Shown here piece by piece: positions 12,875 to 26,244 of a DNA stretch of 64,000 nt. The stretch comes from Octopus sinensis (taxonomy: Eukaryota): the NCBI RefSeq assembly GCF_006345805.1, contig NC_042999.1, positions 107,756,001 through 107,820,000 on the forward strand. The letters run 5' to 3'. Position 1 is the stretch's first letter, and each line of letters starts with the position of its first letter. A program made the translations under genes and the position numbers. The notes under the pieces are model-generated. The model was given only the letters and a program-made list of their open reading frames with translations. It did not search any database and was not told where the DNA came from.

Positions 12875-12949
12875 CTTAGATATGTTTTGAACAAAGATTG
12901 GTCCAGGCCATGTGTAACTTAATAGCACCACCTGATAGGATTACCTAAA

Positions 12950-13420
12950 TCCTTTTTAAGTCAAGTTTTGTTTATGGTCCATTGAAGTAATGAGTTCTTG
13001 TTGAGTGAGTTGTCTCCAGGTACGGCTGGCTTGTCTGGTATTCCTTGAAGAAATCTGTCCAGACTCCATTTAAAGGCCATGGGATCCTTTTCCTCTTTGA
13101 TCAGTTTTGGGACAATGTTAAACAGGGCAGGGCCTGTTGAGGAAAAAAATATGTGTCACAGTGTACCTATATATTGTGATGCTGAATTACGCAGGGGACG
13201 TATGGCCCATGGTCACAGCCTTGAATGAACCTTGAAACCAATGTTCAGGTCGTTTGGGCAATGCTGGTGATATATGCCCCACTTCGTACAAATGATGTAC
13301 CTCTTGCGGCAGCACTGGAGTTTCAAGGCTTTATGGTAGTCTCAATAATCAAGATGAGTCATGCCTTCAATTCGTTTAGTGAGTGCCTTCTGGGGTGATT
13401 CAATTTTTCAAGGCTTTAAG
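12950..13420 (-). mobile_element. CR1/L2-group LINE ORF2 3' remnant
   Basis: The reverse strand encodes decayed motifs of the LQxRRERYII, GPALFNIVP and LDRFLQGIPDKPAVPG..NSLLQW type. Confidence 0.65.
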
Positions 13421-13491
13421 GTGATCTCATTTCAAGGCCTTAAGGCAATATATACATACATACACACATATATATATGTATATAGATAGAC

Positions 13492-13534
<43 letters not shown>

Positions 13535-13605
13535 TTTATACATATGTACATATACATATATATATGCATATTTATACATATATAAATATATATGGACTTT
13601 AAACA

Positions 13606-13637
<32 letters not shown>

Positions 13638-13689
13638 ACATATCAACGAGACTGTCAGATGTTGTTATACATTGCTGGTCACAATGCAC

Positions 13690-13885
13690 TTCTTGGCATT
13701 GTTGTGGCTTTTGAATGATGCCAGCTCACTGGTCAAGGTGGGGAGCTGGCCAGCATTCTTGCTGCAGGGTTATCCATTTACATCTGAGTGAGTTTAAACA
13801 ACGTGAAATGAAGTGTTTTGCTCAGAAATGCAATGCATTGCTTGTTTATAAGTGCAACACCCTAACCACTAGGCCATTCACCTTC
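13690..13885 (-). mobile_element. CORE-type SINE, degenerate
   Basis: catttacatctgagtgagt..gtgaaatgaagtgttttgctcag..ccctaaccactaggcc. Confidence 0.65.
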
Positions 13886-15319
13886 ACATACACATACATA
13901 CAGACACACACATTTATATAATATATGTGTGTGTGTGTTCTAATACTGTTTGACTAGAGGTGGGATAGAATGTTCCCTCTGTTGCTGGACTGAGGTTTAA
14001 AATTCATAGACAATTCCAAGTATTACAAGCAAACAAAGTATTCTTTCCAGGGATGTTGGACTTGCTAAAAATAGCAGTCAAATATCCTTAAAATCACATC
14101 CTTTCTTTTCTACATCATCAGATTATAAATGAACCCTTTTGAATTCCTTGATAACTGCTAAGGAGTGCTTGTCATGGAGTTTTTATGAGGGGAACACAAA
14201 GGGAGTATCATGTTCTGTTGCCTTTTAAAACAGACAAAACACAGTAGATCCTTTCTTTGTATTTAGGTGCTATGTCAGGACATAGGACATAGACAATCAT
14301 GTCCTGCCACAATTTTCTGTAACAGTTACACAATGAGTATGTGCTGCAAAAGAAAAAAAAAAGATGAGATGGTCATGGCTGGAATGCCTTTAATCATAAT
14401 CCTTTTCCATCTGGTTTGACCTGCAGTGAAACAACAATTCATGTGACAGTTGAAAACTGTTTCTCAATCTTTTTATTTTTACAGAAGAATTTGTTATTTG
14501 GGTTTTCTTTTTTTTTTTCTATTCAGCAATTCACATCACACTCCTTTCTGCGAATATTGGTTTCTTATGTAAGGACAAAGGATATTGGAGAAAAGGGGGT
14601 ATTGATCACAAAATTAACTCCATCATATTAGACATTATAAGCACCAATTAGAGACATTAAAATCTGAGCAGTTAATTCATTAATTAACTCCAGTTTTTCC
14701 TTTCATCCTTCCAGGATCAATAAAATAATTATCAATGAAGTACTGGTGGTGATGGTGGGTTGGTTAGTTGGTTGGGAGGTGAGGGTAATCAATATAACTG
14801 ACTCTGCACCTCCTACCAAAATTTGTAACCTTGTGCTTATATTATATCATTATTGTTGTTATTGTTATAATCTAACAAAATAAAATGTTTAAAATGAAAA
14901 ATACATTAAAACAAAATAAAAGATTATCATCATCATCATCAACATCATCATCATTATCATTATTTTTATCATTATTTTTATCATTATTATTATCATTGTC
15001 ATTCCATTTTTACATTTGAGTTCAAATTCCACTGAGGTCAACTTTAACTTTCATCCTTTTGGGGATCAATGAAATAAGTAACAGTTGAGCACTGGGGGAC
15101 ATGTAACTGACTTAACTCTCCCCCAAAACTACTGGCCTTGTACTTATTTTATTTTGACTATTGTATAATATACATGCTTCCCTTCCCTTCTTTATAATAT
15201 ACTGTGTATACTTTCAATGCATTTATATATATATATATATATATTATTTTTTTCTATCTTTTTATTGTCCCCTTTGTCCTTTGCCCAAGTGGTAAATAAA
15301 AGAAATCCTGATTGTTATT

Positions 15320-15725
15320 ATTATTAGCACACCAGGCGAAATGCTTAGTGGTATTTTGTCTGTGGCTGGATGCTCTTCCTAATACCAACCACTATACAAA
15401 ATGCACTGGGTGGATTTTTTTTTTTTTTTTGTGCCACCAGCACTAGTGAAATTACCAAGTAAATTTCAAGATAAGAACAGAAAATGCATCTAAGCCTTTT
15501 GACTAGGCCTTGGGTAAGTATATGAGAAGGGAATGTGGCTTTAAGCAAGGTGTTGAAAGGCTTGTTATTATTATAATTATTGTGAGTTCAAATGCCACCA
15601 AGGTCGACTTTGCCTTTCATCTTTTCAGGGTCGATGAATTAAGTACCAGTTGCATACTGGAGTCGATCTAATCAATTGGCCCCTCCCACAAAATTTCAGG
15701 CCTTGTGGCCTATAGTAGAAAGAAT
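15320..15725 (+). mobile_element. SINE family C interrupted by an antisense RTE-tail element
   Basis: Head ttagcacaccaggcgaaatgcttagtggtattttgtc; insert ctggatgctcttcctaataccaaccac from about 15365; SINE resumes at about 15585 with gagttcaaatgccaccaaggtcgactttgcc. Confidence 0.65.
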
Positions 15726-15768
15726 CATTATAATCATTGTTGTTATTGATGTTGGTGTTGTTATTCAG

Positions 15769-15803
15769 TTGTCTTGTCTTTATTTTGTGTTTTCGCTACA
15801 CAA
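15769..15803 (+). CDS. Candidate exon (LSCLYFVFSLHx; other frames also open)
   Basis: ttattcag acceptor, caa/gtaagt donor, and a 72-nt intron to the next candidate exon. Confidence 0.35.
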
Positions 15804-15875
15804 GTAAGTGCAGTTCTGTCTGCCTTAAATATGCGCAGTACTTTGTTTTGGTTGTTAATTTTACTATATTGAAAG

Positions 15876-15957
15876 GACCTATGTAATATGTGCAAGGTGC
15901 CTAGCAGTGCTTTTTTCTGTATATCATGCATATTACTTAAACCATGGAGTTGTTAGG
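15876..15957 (+). CDS. Candidate internal exon (xTYVICARCLAVLFSVYHAYYLNHGVVR)
   Basis: Consensus donor agg/gtaagt. AAG acceptor after a T-rich tract. Open from phase 2 to 0. Confidence 0.5.
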
Positions 15958-16542
15958 GTAAGTAACTTAAAGAGTACAATGCATTTTGTCTGGTACCTCA
16001 GTGATGCTGCTAAGCAATACTACTACTACTAATTCAGCTAAAAAATGGACCCTCAACATGGTCACTCAATCAGAGTAAGCTCTTCCTTAAATAACATGTA
16101 ACATCTTAAAAAAGGGACACTTTGCAAATTGTGGTCCTGGATTCTCTGCAGACAAGTGAAAGAGAAGATAGCTATGGCTTGATTGAATTTAATCATGTGT
16201 GTGTTTGATCTGAGCTGACCATGGGCTAAACGACCATAGTAGCTTAATAATTATACCCTAAACACTGATATATGACAACAGTTTTTGCTGGGAGAGAAAA
16301 AATGATAGTATCAACCCATTTCTTAAATGGTTCCTAGTCTATGAAACCTCAAAAAGATGACATCTACAAGGATGTCATGATTAGCCTGATGAAGCTTATT
16401 TGAACACAAAAATTTCTAATGATGCTATTGTTCACAAATGATTGCAATTCAAGCTAAAAATGAATAAATATCATAGGAGATTTGGGATTCTACAGAGTCT
16501 CTTACACTTCACAATCAATAATGGTTCCCCACTTCCAATTGA

Positions 16543-17280
16543 GGTGGCAAACAGGCAGAAATGTTAGCATACTGGGCAAAAAGCTTAGTGGTATTTCATC
16601 TGTCTTTACGTTCTGAGTTCAAATTTCACCAAGATTGATTTGCCTTTCATCTTTTTGGGGGTTGATAAATTAGGTACCAGTTGCATACTGAGGTCAATCT
16701 AATTGACTGGCCCCCTCCCCAAAAATTTCAAGCCTTGTGCCTAGTGTAGAAAAGAATAATGGTTTCCAATTTTGGCACAGGGTCAGCAGTTTTTGAGGGT
16801 GGGGGGGCTAGTGGATTACATCAACCCCAGTACTTTACTGGTACTTATTTTATCAATCCTGAAAAGATGAAAGACAAAGTTGACCTTGGTGGAATTTGAA
16901 CTCAGAACATTAAACAGATTAAATGCTGTTAAGTATTTTGTTCAACATGCTTAACAATTCTGCCAGCTCATCACTTTTATACTTCACAATCAACCAATTA
17001 ATCAATAATAATAATGATAATAATAATGATAATGATGATGATGATTATAATAATAATAATGGTTTCAAATTTTGCCACAAAGGAAGCAGTTTTGGGGGAG
17101 GGGATGAGTCGATTACATTGACCCCAGTGTTCAATTGATACTTATTTTATTGACCCCAAAAGGATGAAAAATAAAGTCAACTTTGGCGGAATTTGAACTC
17201 AGAACGTAGCAATGGGTGAAATACCACTAAGCATGCTGTCCAGTGTGCTAATGATTCTGCCAGCTCACCACCTTACCAAC
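16543..17280. mobile_element. Three SINE family C copies: plus (16543-16760), then minus (16765-16978) and minus (17060-17280)
   Basis: tRNA-like head with B box gagttcaaatt and central gcctttcatc..ggggttgataaatta.gtaccag, read in both orientations. Confidence 0.85.
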
Positions 17281-17619
17281 GGCAGCAATAATACTAATAC
17301 TAATAATAATAATGATAATTTCTTTCCTTTTTCCCCTTTATTTTCTTTCTTTTCTTTTTTCTTTTTGTTCCTATTTTTTTACAAAGTTTTCTTCTTTCCT
17401 TTTTCTTTCTTTCTTTCTTTTCTTCTTTTTTCTACCACATGACTTGGTAAATGGACAACCTGGTATGTATTTGTTTTAATGGCCTACTATTGTATACAGT
17501 GAGTTTCTTTGCCCTAGGTGTTGACGAGATTCTCAGCAAGAAATGGAAACAAAATTGAAAGAAGAGAATAATAATAATGATGGTGATGATGATAAAAAAT
17601 AGAAATGGAGCCTCTAATC

Positions 17620-18270
17620 TGTTCTGCCTAAGAGCATGCACTAAGAATGAATTACATCAAATACAGAATAGACAACACATCAGAAAGTGATAAGTGTAGA
17701 TGTGTGGACAAAATGGTGAAACCGTAAGGCATATTACCAGTCAATGTACACCACTAGCCCAGAAAGAATATAAGAGACTTTGTGACAATATGGCAAGAAT
17801 TGTCAAGGATTTGCAACAAGTATGAACTTGACACAGCAAAAAAGTGGTACGAACATAAACCTGAAGGCATCATCAGAAATCATAATGCAAAGGTCCTATA
17901 GGATTTTATGATTCAATGTGACCATGAGACAGAGGATAGGAAGCCAGACATAGTGTTAATTGAGAAATAGCCTGGCTATGGAAAATGAAGAAGGTGAAGA
18001 TAATATCGGTTATTGTTAGATCCTTGGGAACAGTATCAGAAGGCATCAAGGGGAATATAAGTGAAATTGAAATAGAGTGCCCAGTAGAAATGTTACAAAA
18101 GGTTTGCCTCTGTGGCACAGCTAAAATAATCAGGAAAGTATTAGATAGCTGAAAAGAATGGATAGCATGGTACCATAGGCTACAGGTAGTAAGCTCGCTA
18201 TGCATGCAAGACTCCAGGAGCTCCAACAAAATTTGTGATAAAGAGAAATAATAATAATAATAATAATAAT
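17620..18270 (+). mobile_element. R4/Dong-clade non-LTR retrotransposon remnant (CCHC knuckle and restriction-like endonuclease), (AAT)n tail
   Basis: Decayed HALRMNYIKYRIDNTSESDKCRC..ETVRHITSQC..LAQKEYKR, WYEHKPEGII, VLxDFMIQCDHE..RKPDIVLIEK, LQKVCLCGTAKIIRKVL. Confidence 0.8.
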
Positions 18271-18882
18271 ATGGGCACAAAGCCAGTTTGATAATGGTTT
18301 CTAATGTAAGCACAAGGTCAGTCATTTTTGAGCGGAGGTGGAGTTTTTGATACCAGCAACCTCTGGTAGTTAGCTAATATTTTATTTCATCAACACCAGA
18401 AGGATGAAAAACAGAGTTGATCTTGGTGAGATTTGAACTTAGGACAAAAAGAGCTAGACTGCATGCCTCAAGGAATTATTTTTTTATGTTCTATTCTGCC
18501 ATTCCATCACCCTAATAAAATAATAATAAAATTATACATTAGAACAAAGTCTAAAATTTTGGGGTGGGACTACTTTTAACACACAAAATCAGCTTCAGTG
18601 TACTTCAATGAGATTTGAACTCAGAAGGTAATACCGCAAGATATTGCTGTTGGTACTAATAGAATTTTTTGAAATGGGGTGGGTGGGTGGCAGTGGGGTG
18701 TAATAGGATCATTTATATGAACTCATTATTTCTTATACTACTTATATTATTAAGAAATTGTTTTCATCATTCATCACCTTCAGTAGTAATGAAGTGAAGA
18801 ACAACAATAACACTAATTACATAAAGGCGTGAAAAGCAGATATTAATAGCGAATTTTTAAAAATAGTAATATTAAAAATATC

Positions 18883-18924
<42 letters not shown>

Positions 18925-18984
18925 ATACATGCATGCATACAGACATACATAAATGCATGCATACATACAGACTGATAGGCTGGT

Positions 18985-19024
18985 AAATAGATAGATAGGT
19001 TGGTAGGTAGGTAGGGTAGGTAGG

Positions 19025-19100
<76 letters not shown>

Positions 19101-19141
19101 CAGACAGATAGACAGATAGATAGATAGATAGATAGATAGAT

Positions 19142-19192
<51 letters not shown>

Positions 19193-19275
19193 GATAGATA
19201 GATAGATAGATGATAGATAGATAGATAGATAGATGATAGATAGATAGATAGATAGATAGATAGACAGATAGATAA

Positions 19276-19351
<76 letters not shown>
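18985..19351. repeat. (GATA)n tetranucleotide array with GACA/GAT interruptions
   Basis: Direct reading. Confidence 0.97.
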
Positions 19352-19352
<1 letters not shown>

Positions 19353-19664
19353 AGTACACATACATACATATGTATGCATATATGCACATGTGTGTGCTTT
19401 ATAATATAAATGATATCATTATCAGTAATTAATAAAAGAAATAAACAATAGTTAAAAATGCTCAATTCATATTTTCATTTTCTGCCCATATCCTGATGTT
19501 ATTTACATTTTTATGGAGAAAAAATAATTTGTTAATAACTATTCATGAGGTTATTAAAACTTCTGCATACTTCGGTTAGTCATTAGTACTGGTCTTTTCA
19601 TTTTGGTTAACATTTGAAGTTCTTGCACAGAAGAAAAGACATTCAATTCTTTTAAGCAGTAAAG

Positions 19665-19718
19665 TGATTATTATTATTATTATTATTATTGTTATTGTTA
19701 TTGTTATTATTATTGTTA

Positions 19719-19764
<46 letters not shown>

Positions 19765-19775
19765 CATCATCATCA

Positions 19776-19830
<55 letters not shown>
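19665..19830. repeat. (TAT)n microsatellite with TGT/CAT interruptions
   Basis: Direct reading. Confidence 0.97.
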
Positions 19831-20029
19831 CTTTCAACTTTTGCATTTTGGAAGGACAAACATAGATCTGTCTCTATCAATAGACTGCTATAGTTGTTGT
19901 CCTTGTTGTTTAGTTGCTGGTCGCTCCTGAACAAGCAATCAGACTTATCATCATAGACATTCCAACTACGATATGCCAGTTTTTCTTCTTTCTTCTCATT
20001 CTTTTGGCACATATTTGGAACTCCGAGGC

Positions 20030-20191
20030 ACAGGAGTGGCTGTGTGGTAAGTAGCTTGCTTACGAACCACATGGTTCCAGGTTCAGTCCCACTGCGTGGC
20101 ACCTTGGGCAAGTGTCTTCTGCTATAGCCTTGGGCCAACCAAAGTCTTGTGAGTGGATTTGGTAGGCGGAAACTGAAAGAAGCCCATCGTA

Positions 20192-20268
<77 letters not shown>

Positions 20269-20490
20269 TGTGTGTGTGTTTGTGTGTCTGTGTTTGTCCG
20301 CTCAACATCGCTTGACAACCGATGTCGGTGTGTTTACGTCCCTGTAACTTAGCAGTTTGGCAAAAGAGACCGATAGAATAAGTACTAGGCTTACAAAGAA
20401 TAAGTCTTGGGGTCGATTTGGTTGACTAAGGTGGTGCTCCAGCATGGCCACAGTCAAATGACTAAAACAAGTAAAAGAGTAAAAGAGAGT
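20030..20490 (+). mobile_element. SINE family A, full length, relatively young
   Basis: ggcacaggagtggctgtgtggtaag..gtaaaagagtaaaagag, with an internal (TA)n(TG)n. Confidence 0.88.
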
Positions 20491-20924
20491 ATATTAATCT
20501 CCTCCTCACAAGGCCAGCAATTTTGGATGGTGGGGGCAAGTTGATTACCTAGTGATCAGCTGGTACTTATTTTATCAACTCCAACAGGATTAAATGTAAA
20601 ATCGACCACAGCAGCATTTGAACTCAAAATGTAAAGATGGACAAAATGCCACTAAGCATTTTACCCTGCATGCTAATCATTCTGCAGGCTTGCCACCCTG
20701 AGGAGGAAAGAGAATATATTATAGAAAATTCCAAAATGAGAAAAGATCTATCTTTATTCTGGGAAAGAAGTATTGGAAATAGTGGTTAGTGTGCAGCCAT
20801 GGTGGAGTTGGAGATAACAAAGGTGATCGGCAGTGGGGAGACAAGTGGGTTGTGGGTACCTGAGTGACAGTAGTCAGATACCAGCCAGTTCCAAGGAACA
20901 GTAACCATTATTGTAGGCATAGTT

Positions 20925-21150
20925 TCTTATTCATTGCCCACAAGGGGTTAAACAAAGAGGGGACAAACAAGGACAGACAAAGGGATTAAGTCGATTACAT
21001 CGACCCCAGTGTGTAACTGGTACTTAATTTATTGACCCCGAAAGGATGAAAGGCAATGTCGACCTCAGTGGAATTTGAACTCAGAACGTAAAGACAAGAT
21101 GAAATGCTGCTAAACATTTCACCCGGCGTGCTAACATTTCTGCCAGCTTG
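20925..21150 (-). mobile_element. SINE family C, subfamily with the gtcccctct..gccccttgtgggc tail; candidate 7-bp TSD actatgc
   Basis: Reverse complement of the unit at 41665. In element orientation, actatgc is found at both ends. Confidence 0.85.
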
Positions 21151-22678
21151 TTGCATAGTGAAATAGAAAAGAAAAGGTCTAATACAAAAACTTTCAGCTG
21201 TTTTTGATCCAGAGAATACTAACAAAGATACTAAAAGTATTATGGTTGATATTCAACTTTTTAAATGTTTTATCATATAAAAAAAAATGAGTAAGGAAAA
21301 TGTTTTTTGAAACAGTTGGGCATATGCATTGCACTTTGCTACAAAGGATTACATAATGTATTGTTCAAAGCATAGACATTAAAAATACCCAAGTTTTCTA
21401 AATATTCTGGTATTTTCCAGACCTGCCTCATAAATATTACTCTGGGACAACATAGAACACAAATGTGATCAGGCATAGTGCTTGAAAATGCTTGGACTAA
21501 TAAAATAATATATGGAATATGATGTAGGAAAAAAACAGACTCGACAGAGTGATTAAGAAGTTTGTTTGGCAGCTTTATGGTTTTAGGTTCAATCCCATAG
21601 TGATTTCTGCTATAGCACAGACTGAGTAATACTTGTGAGTGAATTTGGTTGTCAAGAATTGTAAGCTTGTTTTATATCTATATGCATGCATGTGTGTGTG
21701 TGTGTGTGTGTGAATGTTGATAGTTTGCTTGTCATTTGAGTGATGATGATTTTTATATTTGTTATTCTGAGTTCAAATTCCACCAAGGCCGACTTTGCCT
21801 TTCATCCCTTCAAGATCTGTAAAATAGGCACTAGTTGAGCACTGGGATAGATTAACTGACTTTGACCCTTCCCCAAAATTTCTGACCTTGTACTAAAAAT
21901 GGAAACCAATATTTATATTCTTTATTGACATTACAACTGGTAGCTCTGTGCTTTTGATGATCTGTGGTTCATAAAAAAACCCTACCTGAAAAACGTGAGG
22001 GTCCATGACAAAACGAGCATCCAGCCATAAAATCCAGCTTCAAAATCAATTTCTAGCCAAGCAATACAAACATGGGCAGAAATGAGTGATAAATGAATAC
22101 TTGGAAAAGTCCTGCAACAAGAAACCATTGTAAAACCTGAATGTTTGTTTCCCCAGTCAGGATCATGAAATGTTCAACCAGGACATCAATAAATAACACC
22201 AACAGAACATTAGAAGACGTACTAACAACAACCAATACAATCATATTGAGAGAACATATAAAAGGAAAAAGAACAGTGCAATAAAAATGCACATTGTATT
22301 CAAAAGGAGAAGAACGTTACAATAATTTAACCAAACATGGTCCAGCTTAACTACCAAGTAATTTACCTACATAATAAAGAGTTTGAGCAACTAGAGGGCT
22401 GGAATAGATAAAGTCTCTAATTTCTGTTTAAATTGCATAAGCCAGCAACATGAAGGAATTACTGACGATGCTAGAATTAACACCCATCTGGTTACTGGAG
22501 GGGAAAACAATATGATTTACCCAAAACAAAAGCATCAAAGCTAGAGCCTACTAACATGTATATAGAAAATACATGCACGCATGCACAGGCACACTCTCAC
22601 ACATGCACACACACACACACACACACACTTCAATAAGCTGGCTGTTCATCTGGAAACTAATAACCTCTTCTTTATTAG

Positions 22679-22757
22679 TGGAGCAGAAAGGGTGTTGGAA
22701 ATGGATGTATATTATGATGTGAAGAAAAGTTACTGGCAAAACTTGCAGTTATTGAAG
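22679..22757 (+). CDS. Candidate internal exon (xGAERVLEMDVYYDVKKSYWQNLQLLK)
   Basis: Branch-like ctaat, acceptor ctcttctttattag and donor aag/gtagca. Single open frame. Confidence 0.5.
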
Positions 22758-23288
22758 GTAGCAGAAAAGAAATAAATATCCAAGCGTAGCATAAATTTAT
22801 TACCAAAAAAGCTTTTGATAGCATACTACATTCTTGAATATTGGTGACATTGTACATAAAAACAAAGCAGTTCCAAATCTAAGGCAGTATATCAACTACA
22901 CAATGTCAAAATGGAAAGCATAAAAAACACTGTAAGATGGGAGAAGATGATAAAAACCTGCTCTGTTCTCATAAAAAAGGGGTACCGTTTTAGTTAGACT
23001 CCTTAATTTCACCCTTCTTTTCTCTCTATCTAGTTCTGTTTATAAATTTGTTCATCAAGTCACCAATGGCCACAAATGTTATTGACAAATTATAAACTCT
23101 ATCTCTTCTATATGAAAGGTTTAAAACCATATACAAGAAATAATGCCAAGTTGGAGAATCTGCAATAGTGATACCAAAATAAGTTTCAAATAAGAGAAAT
23201 GTGCCAAATTAATTAAAAAGTATAGACAAATTAATTAAGATTAAAAACATTTAGAACTTAAGCAAACACATCATTTCCTCTTGCCCAG

Positions 23289-23333
23289 TCTTTTACATGT
23301 ACAATATAGTCAAAGATATGACTGTCTGTAAAG
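23289..23333 (+). CDS. Candidate internal exon (xFYMYNIVKDMTVCKx)
   Basis: Acceptor catttcctcttgcccag and donor aag/gtaact. Single open frame, phase 1 to 1. Confidence 0.45.
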
Positions 23334-23634
23334 GTAACTATGCCTATTGGGCTGTGTGCCAACTTCTGCATGAAAACTGAAAATAAATGGTAAAAGCATA
23401 TATCAAATTTGTGACAATAATACTCAGTGTTATGTTTGCCTGAACTAACTAGGAACTAAAAACTAACCGCCAGGTAGAAAATGAAAGACTTTAAAATTAT
23501 ACATTAGGTTTTATTCCTTCTAACCCAAACAGAATCTAAGAAGAAACTGAAAATCTTTCAGTGTATAGAGACTTGAAAAATGAAGTAAGAAAGATGTAAA
23601 GAATCAGAGTAAGGATATTACTGGTTATAATTAC

Positions 23635-24500
23635 TTCTTTCTTTTAAAGGTACAAGGCCCGAAATTTTGGGGGCAGGAACTAGTTAATTACATCGGCCCC
23701 AGTGTTTCACTGGTACTTAACTTATCGATCCCAAAAAGCTGAAAAGCAAAGTCAACCTCAGTAGAATTTGAACTCAGAACATAGCAGCAGACAAAATACC
23801 ACTAAGTATGTCACCCAGTGTTCTAACAATTCTGCCAGGTTGCCACCTTATTTCTGATTATAATTAATACTCTGAATATGATAAAAAAAAAAATGAATTT
23901 CTCAGAGCCTACAATATGATATTAACCCTCCCAAAATAGCCTCACTAGGAACAGCACACATTCTACACTACACACCTTGGCAAAAAGCTAGCAATTTTAG
24001 GGGGCCAGGTTAGTTAATTAAATTGATTCAGTGCTCAAGAGGTACTAATTTTATTGACTTCAAGAGGATCAAAGGTGAAATTAGCCTTGGCAGAATTTGA
24101 ATGCAGAATGTAAAAAAACCAAAGAAATGCTGCTAAGCATTTTGTCTGATTTTGCAGATGTTCTTGCAAGCTTACTGCCTTACATAATAATAATGTTTCT
24201 AATATAACCTACTGCTTCATAATGACAGTAATAATAATGATACTACTGCTACTACTACTACATGTATGATAATCAACATAGCATGCCCTGGTGACAACAG
24301 GATCAATGTGAAAGAAGGAGAAAAAATAAACAACTGACGATTTAAAGTGAGCAATATGAACAATTGGTACCAATTTCATTGACCCTGAAAGGATGAAAAG
24401 CAAAGTCAACCTCTGCAGAATTTGAAATCAGAACATAAAGACAGACAAAATGCTGCTTAGCATTTTCCCTGGCATGCTAATGATTCTGTCAGCTCATCAT
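23635..24500 (-). mobile_element. Three SINE family C copies (about 23635-23850, 23985-24180, 24355-24500) with a short R4-like fragment at about 24270-24350
   Basis: Repeated rc SINE C motifs. 24270-24350 matches 34655-34740 (CMIINIACPGDNRINVKE). Confidence 0.7.
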
Positions 24501-24620
24501 CTGAAAGATAAGAAAATTAATGAAAATCAGCAGCACCAACTAAATGAAAGAACCTCAGCTTCTAAAATGCTGTGGACACCAAAGGAAATTCTTGAAGCCC
24601 AGTATCACACATAGCTGAGC

Positions 24621-25402
24621 AAATGCCTCATCTTTTAACAATACCAACCTGTAGAATGGAACTTTCATTGTTTGATGAGGAGGAAATAACTGCAAATGAA
24701 ATTATAAAGGGATAAAATAAGGAAAAAAAGACACAGAAAATGTGACAAGACAGAAAAACAATGAAAACAAATGAAGAGGAATAATCTCTTCTAAATGACA
24801 ACAAAATCCCTCTTTAGAACAATTCACCATAAATTGAAACTAGAACAGATAATAGACAAAATTATTGCATCTTTAGTGCTACAAACTCTCTGAAGAATTT
24901 AGTATCACACACACACACACCCACACACACACAGCCAATTAGCTTCAGTCTATGAACAACATGCAACGAGTCTGGTAAAATTAAGATATTATACTGAACT
25001 TAAAAACAAACATACTCATGATGTTGGTATTTTTCAGCTGCAAATACATTAAAAAATGCTTGGTGTTGCATTTCACTGCACTTAAAACAATGTGAGAAGT
25101 GGTTATGTGAAGAGAGTTTGTAGCACCAAAGGTGCATAATTTGTCACTTGACTGTTTGATTTTTCTAAGAATGGTGTATCTTCATCCACTTCAGTTTCTT
25201 TGTTATTTTCCTAAAGAGGCATTTTGTTGTCATTTAGAAGAAATTAATCCTTTTCACTCATTTTCATTGTTTTGTACCTTACCATTTTTTTCTGATTTTT
25301 CCTTCTTTCATCCCTTCATATTTTCATCTGCAGTTAATTCTTCTTCATCACACGATGAAGGTGTGACATTACAGGTCAGTTTGGTTAAAAGATGAGGCAT
25401 TT
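24621..25402. repeat. Old inverted duplication, arms about 24621-24890 and 25112-25402
   Basis: aaatgcctcatctttt, tcttctaaatgacaacaaaat and gtgctacaaactctc all recur as collinear reverse complements. Confidence 0.85.
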
Positions 25403-25429
25403 GTGGTTTTCAGTTTGTACTGATATCAT

Positions 25430-26200
25430 ATTTAATTTTAAGTTGATTAAGGAACTATGGCAATTTTTTGGAGGATGAACCTCAGTGCTCTTATCACTAC
25501 AGAACTAATGCTAGTGTTCTACATGCTTTTTAGTTCAGTTTTACTTAGTTGATAATCTTTCTGACATCTCTCACTTCTACATTCTGGTCATCTAGAACTG
25601 TTATGACAATAATAGAAGTTTCCTATTGTCTACTAATATGATGTCCAATCATCTATGCTTAATCACTCTATCTATTGTGTATTAAAGTCCCATAGAATTT
25701 TAGTGTTGTTGTTCTCCAAGATTGGCTCTGTCTTGTGTTCATACCATATGTCATATACTTCTAATCCATTGACCTTACAGAGGCTTCAGTGAACATAAGG
25801 ACTTATGTTGTCATGGTAGGTTTTGTATTCATAATAAGCATGCATCTCACACACGTTGACAATATGTGTCACAATCTCTACCTCTTTCCCACATCATCTT
25901 TCGCAATCTTGTAGATAGATATCTTAAGGTAATGAAATTTGTTTCTCTCTTTAATTCTCTCATCCCTAGCCATCCCCATAAATCTCAGTTTCCCTTTCAA
26001 ATTTTCCATGCAAGTCCATTGACCTCCAGCTTCCCATTCTCTTTTTCTCTACCCCTTTTTTGTATGAATCTTTGGCTTCAATCTCCTCTTGTTCTTCAAA
26101 CCCAATGGCTGAGCAACATATTGAAGCAAGACCTTGATGCTCTTTGCCAGATAAAAATCCAGCATTCGTCTTTTTGAAACAACCAATCAAGACCCTGCAC
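25430..26200 (-). mobile_element. R4/Dong-clade remnant
   Basis: Reverse strand: SWRSMDLHGKFERE and WYEHKTEPILENNNTKILWDFNTQ; same region as 34230-34930. Confidence 0.7.
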
Positions 26201-26244
26201 TATATATTTTGGTCCCTGTACATAAGTATAACTTTTGCTTTCAG

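Noticed and set aside
14267-14336. Plus-strand exon VLCQDIGHRQSCPATIF..
   Set aside because: It lies between pieces of a family D repeat and its phase does not join the neighbouring candidate exons.
18817-19465. Long ORFs of 178-194 aa (YLSI repeats)
   Set aside because: They are translations of the (GATA)n array.
21990-22500. Further LINE remnant (KCTLYSKGEE..)
   Set aside because: Only a single weak knuckle-like motif, not enough to assign.
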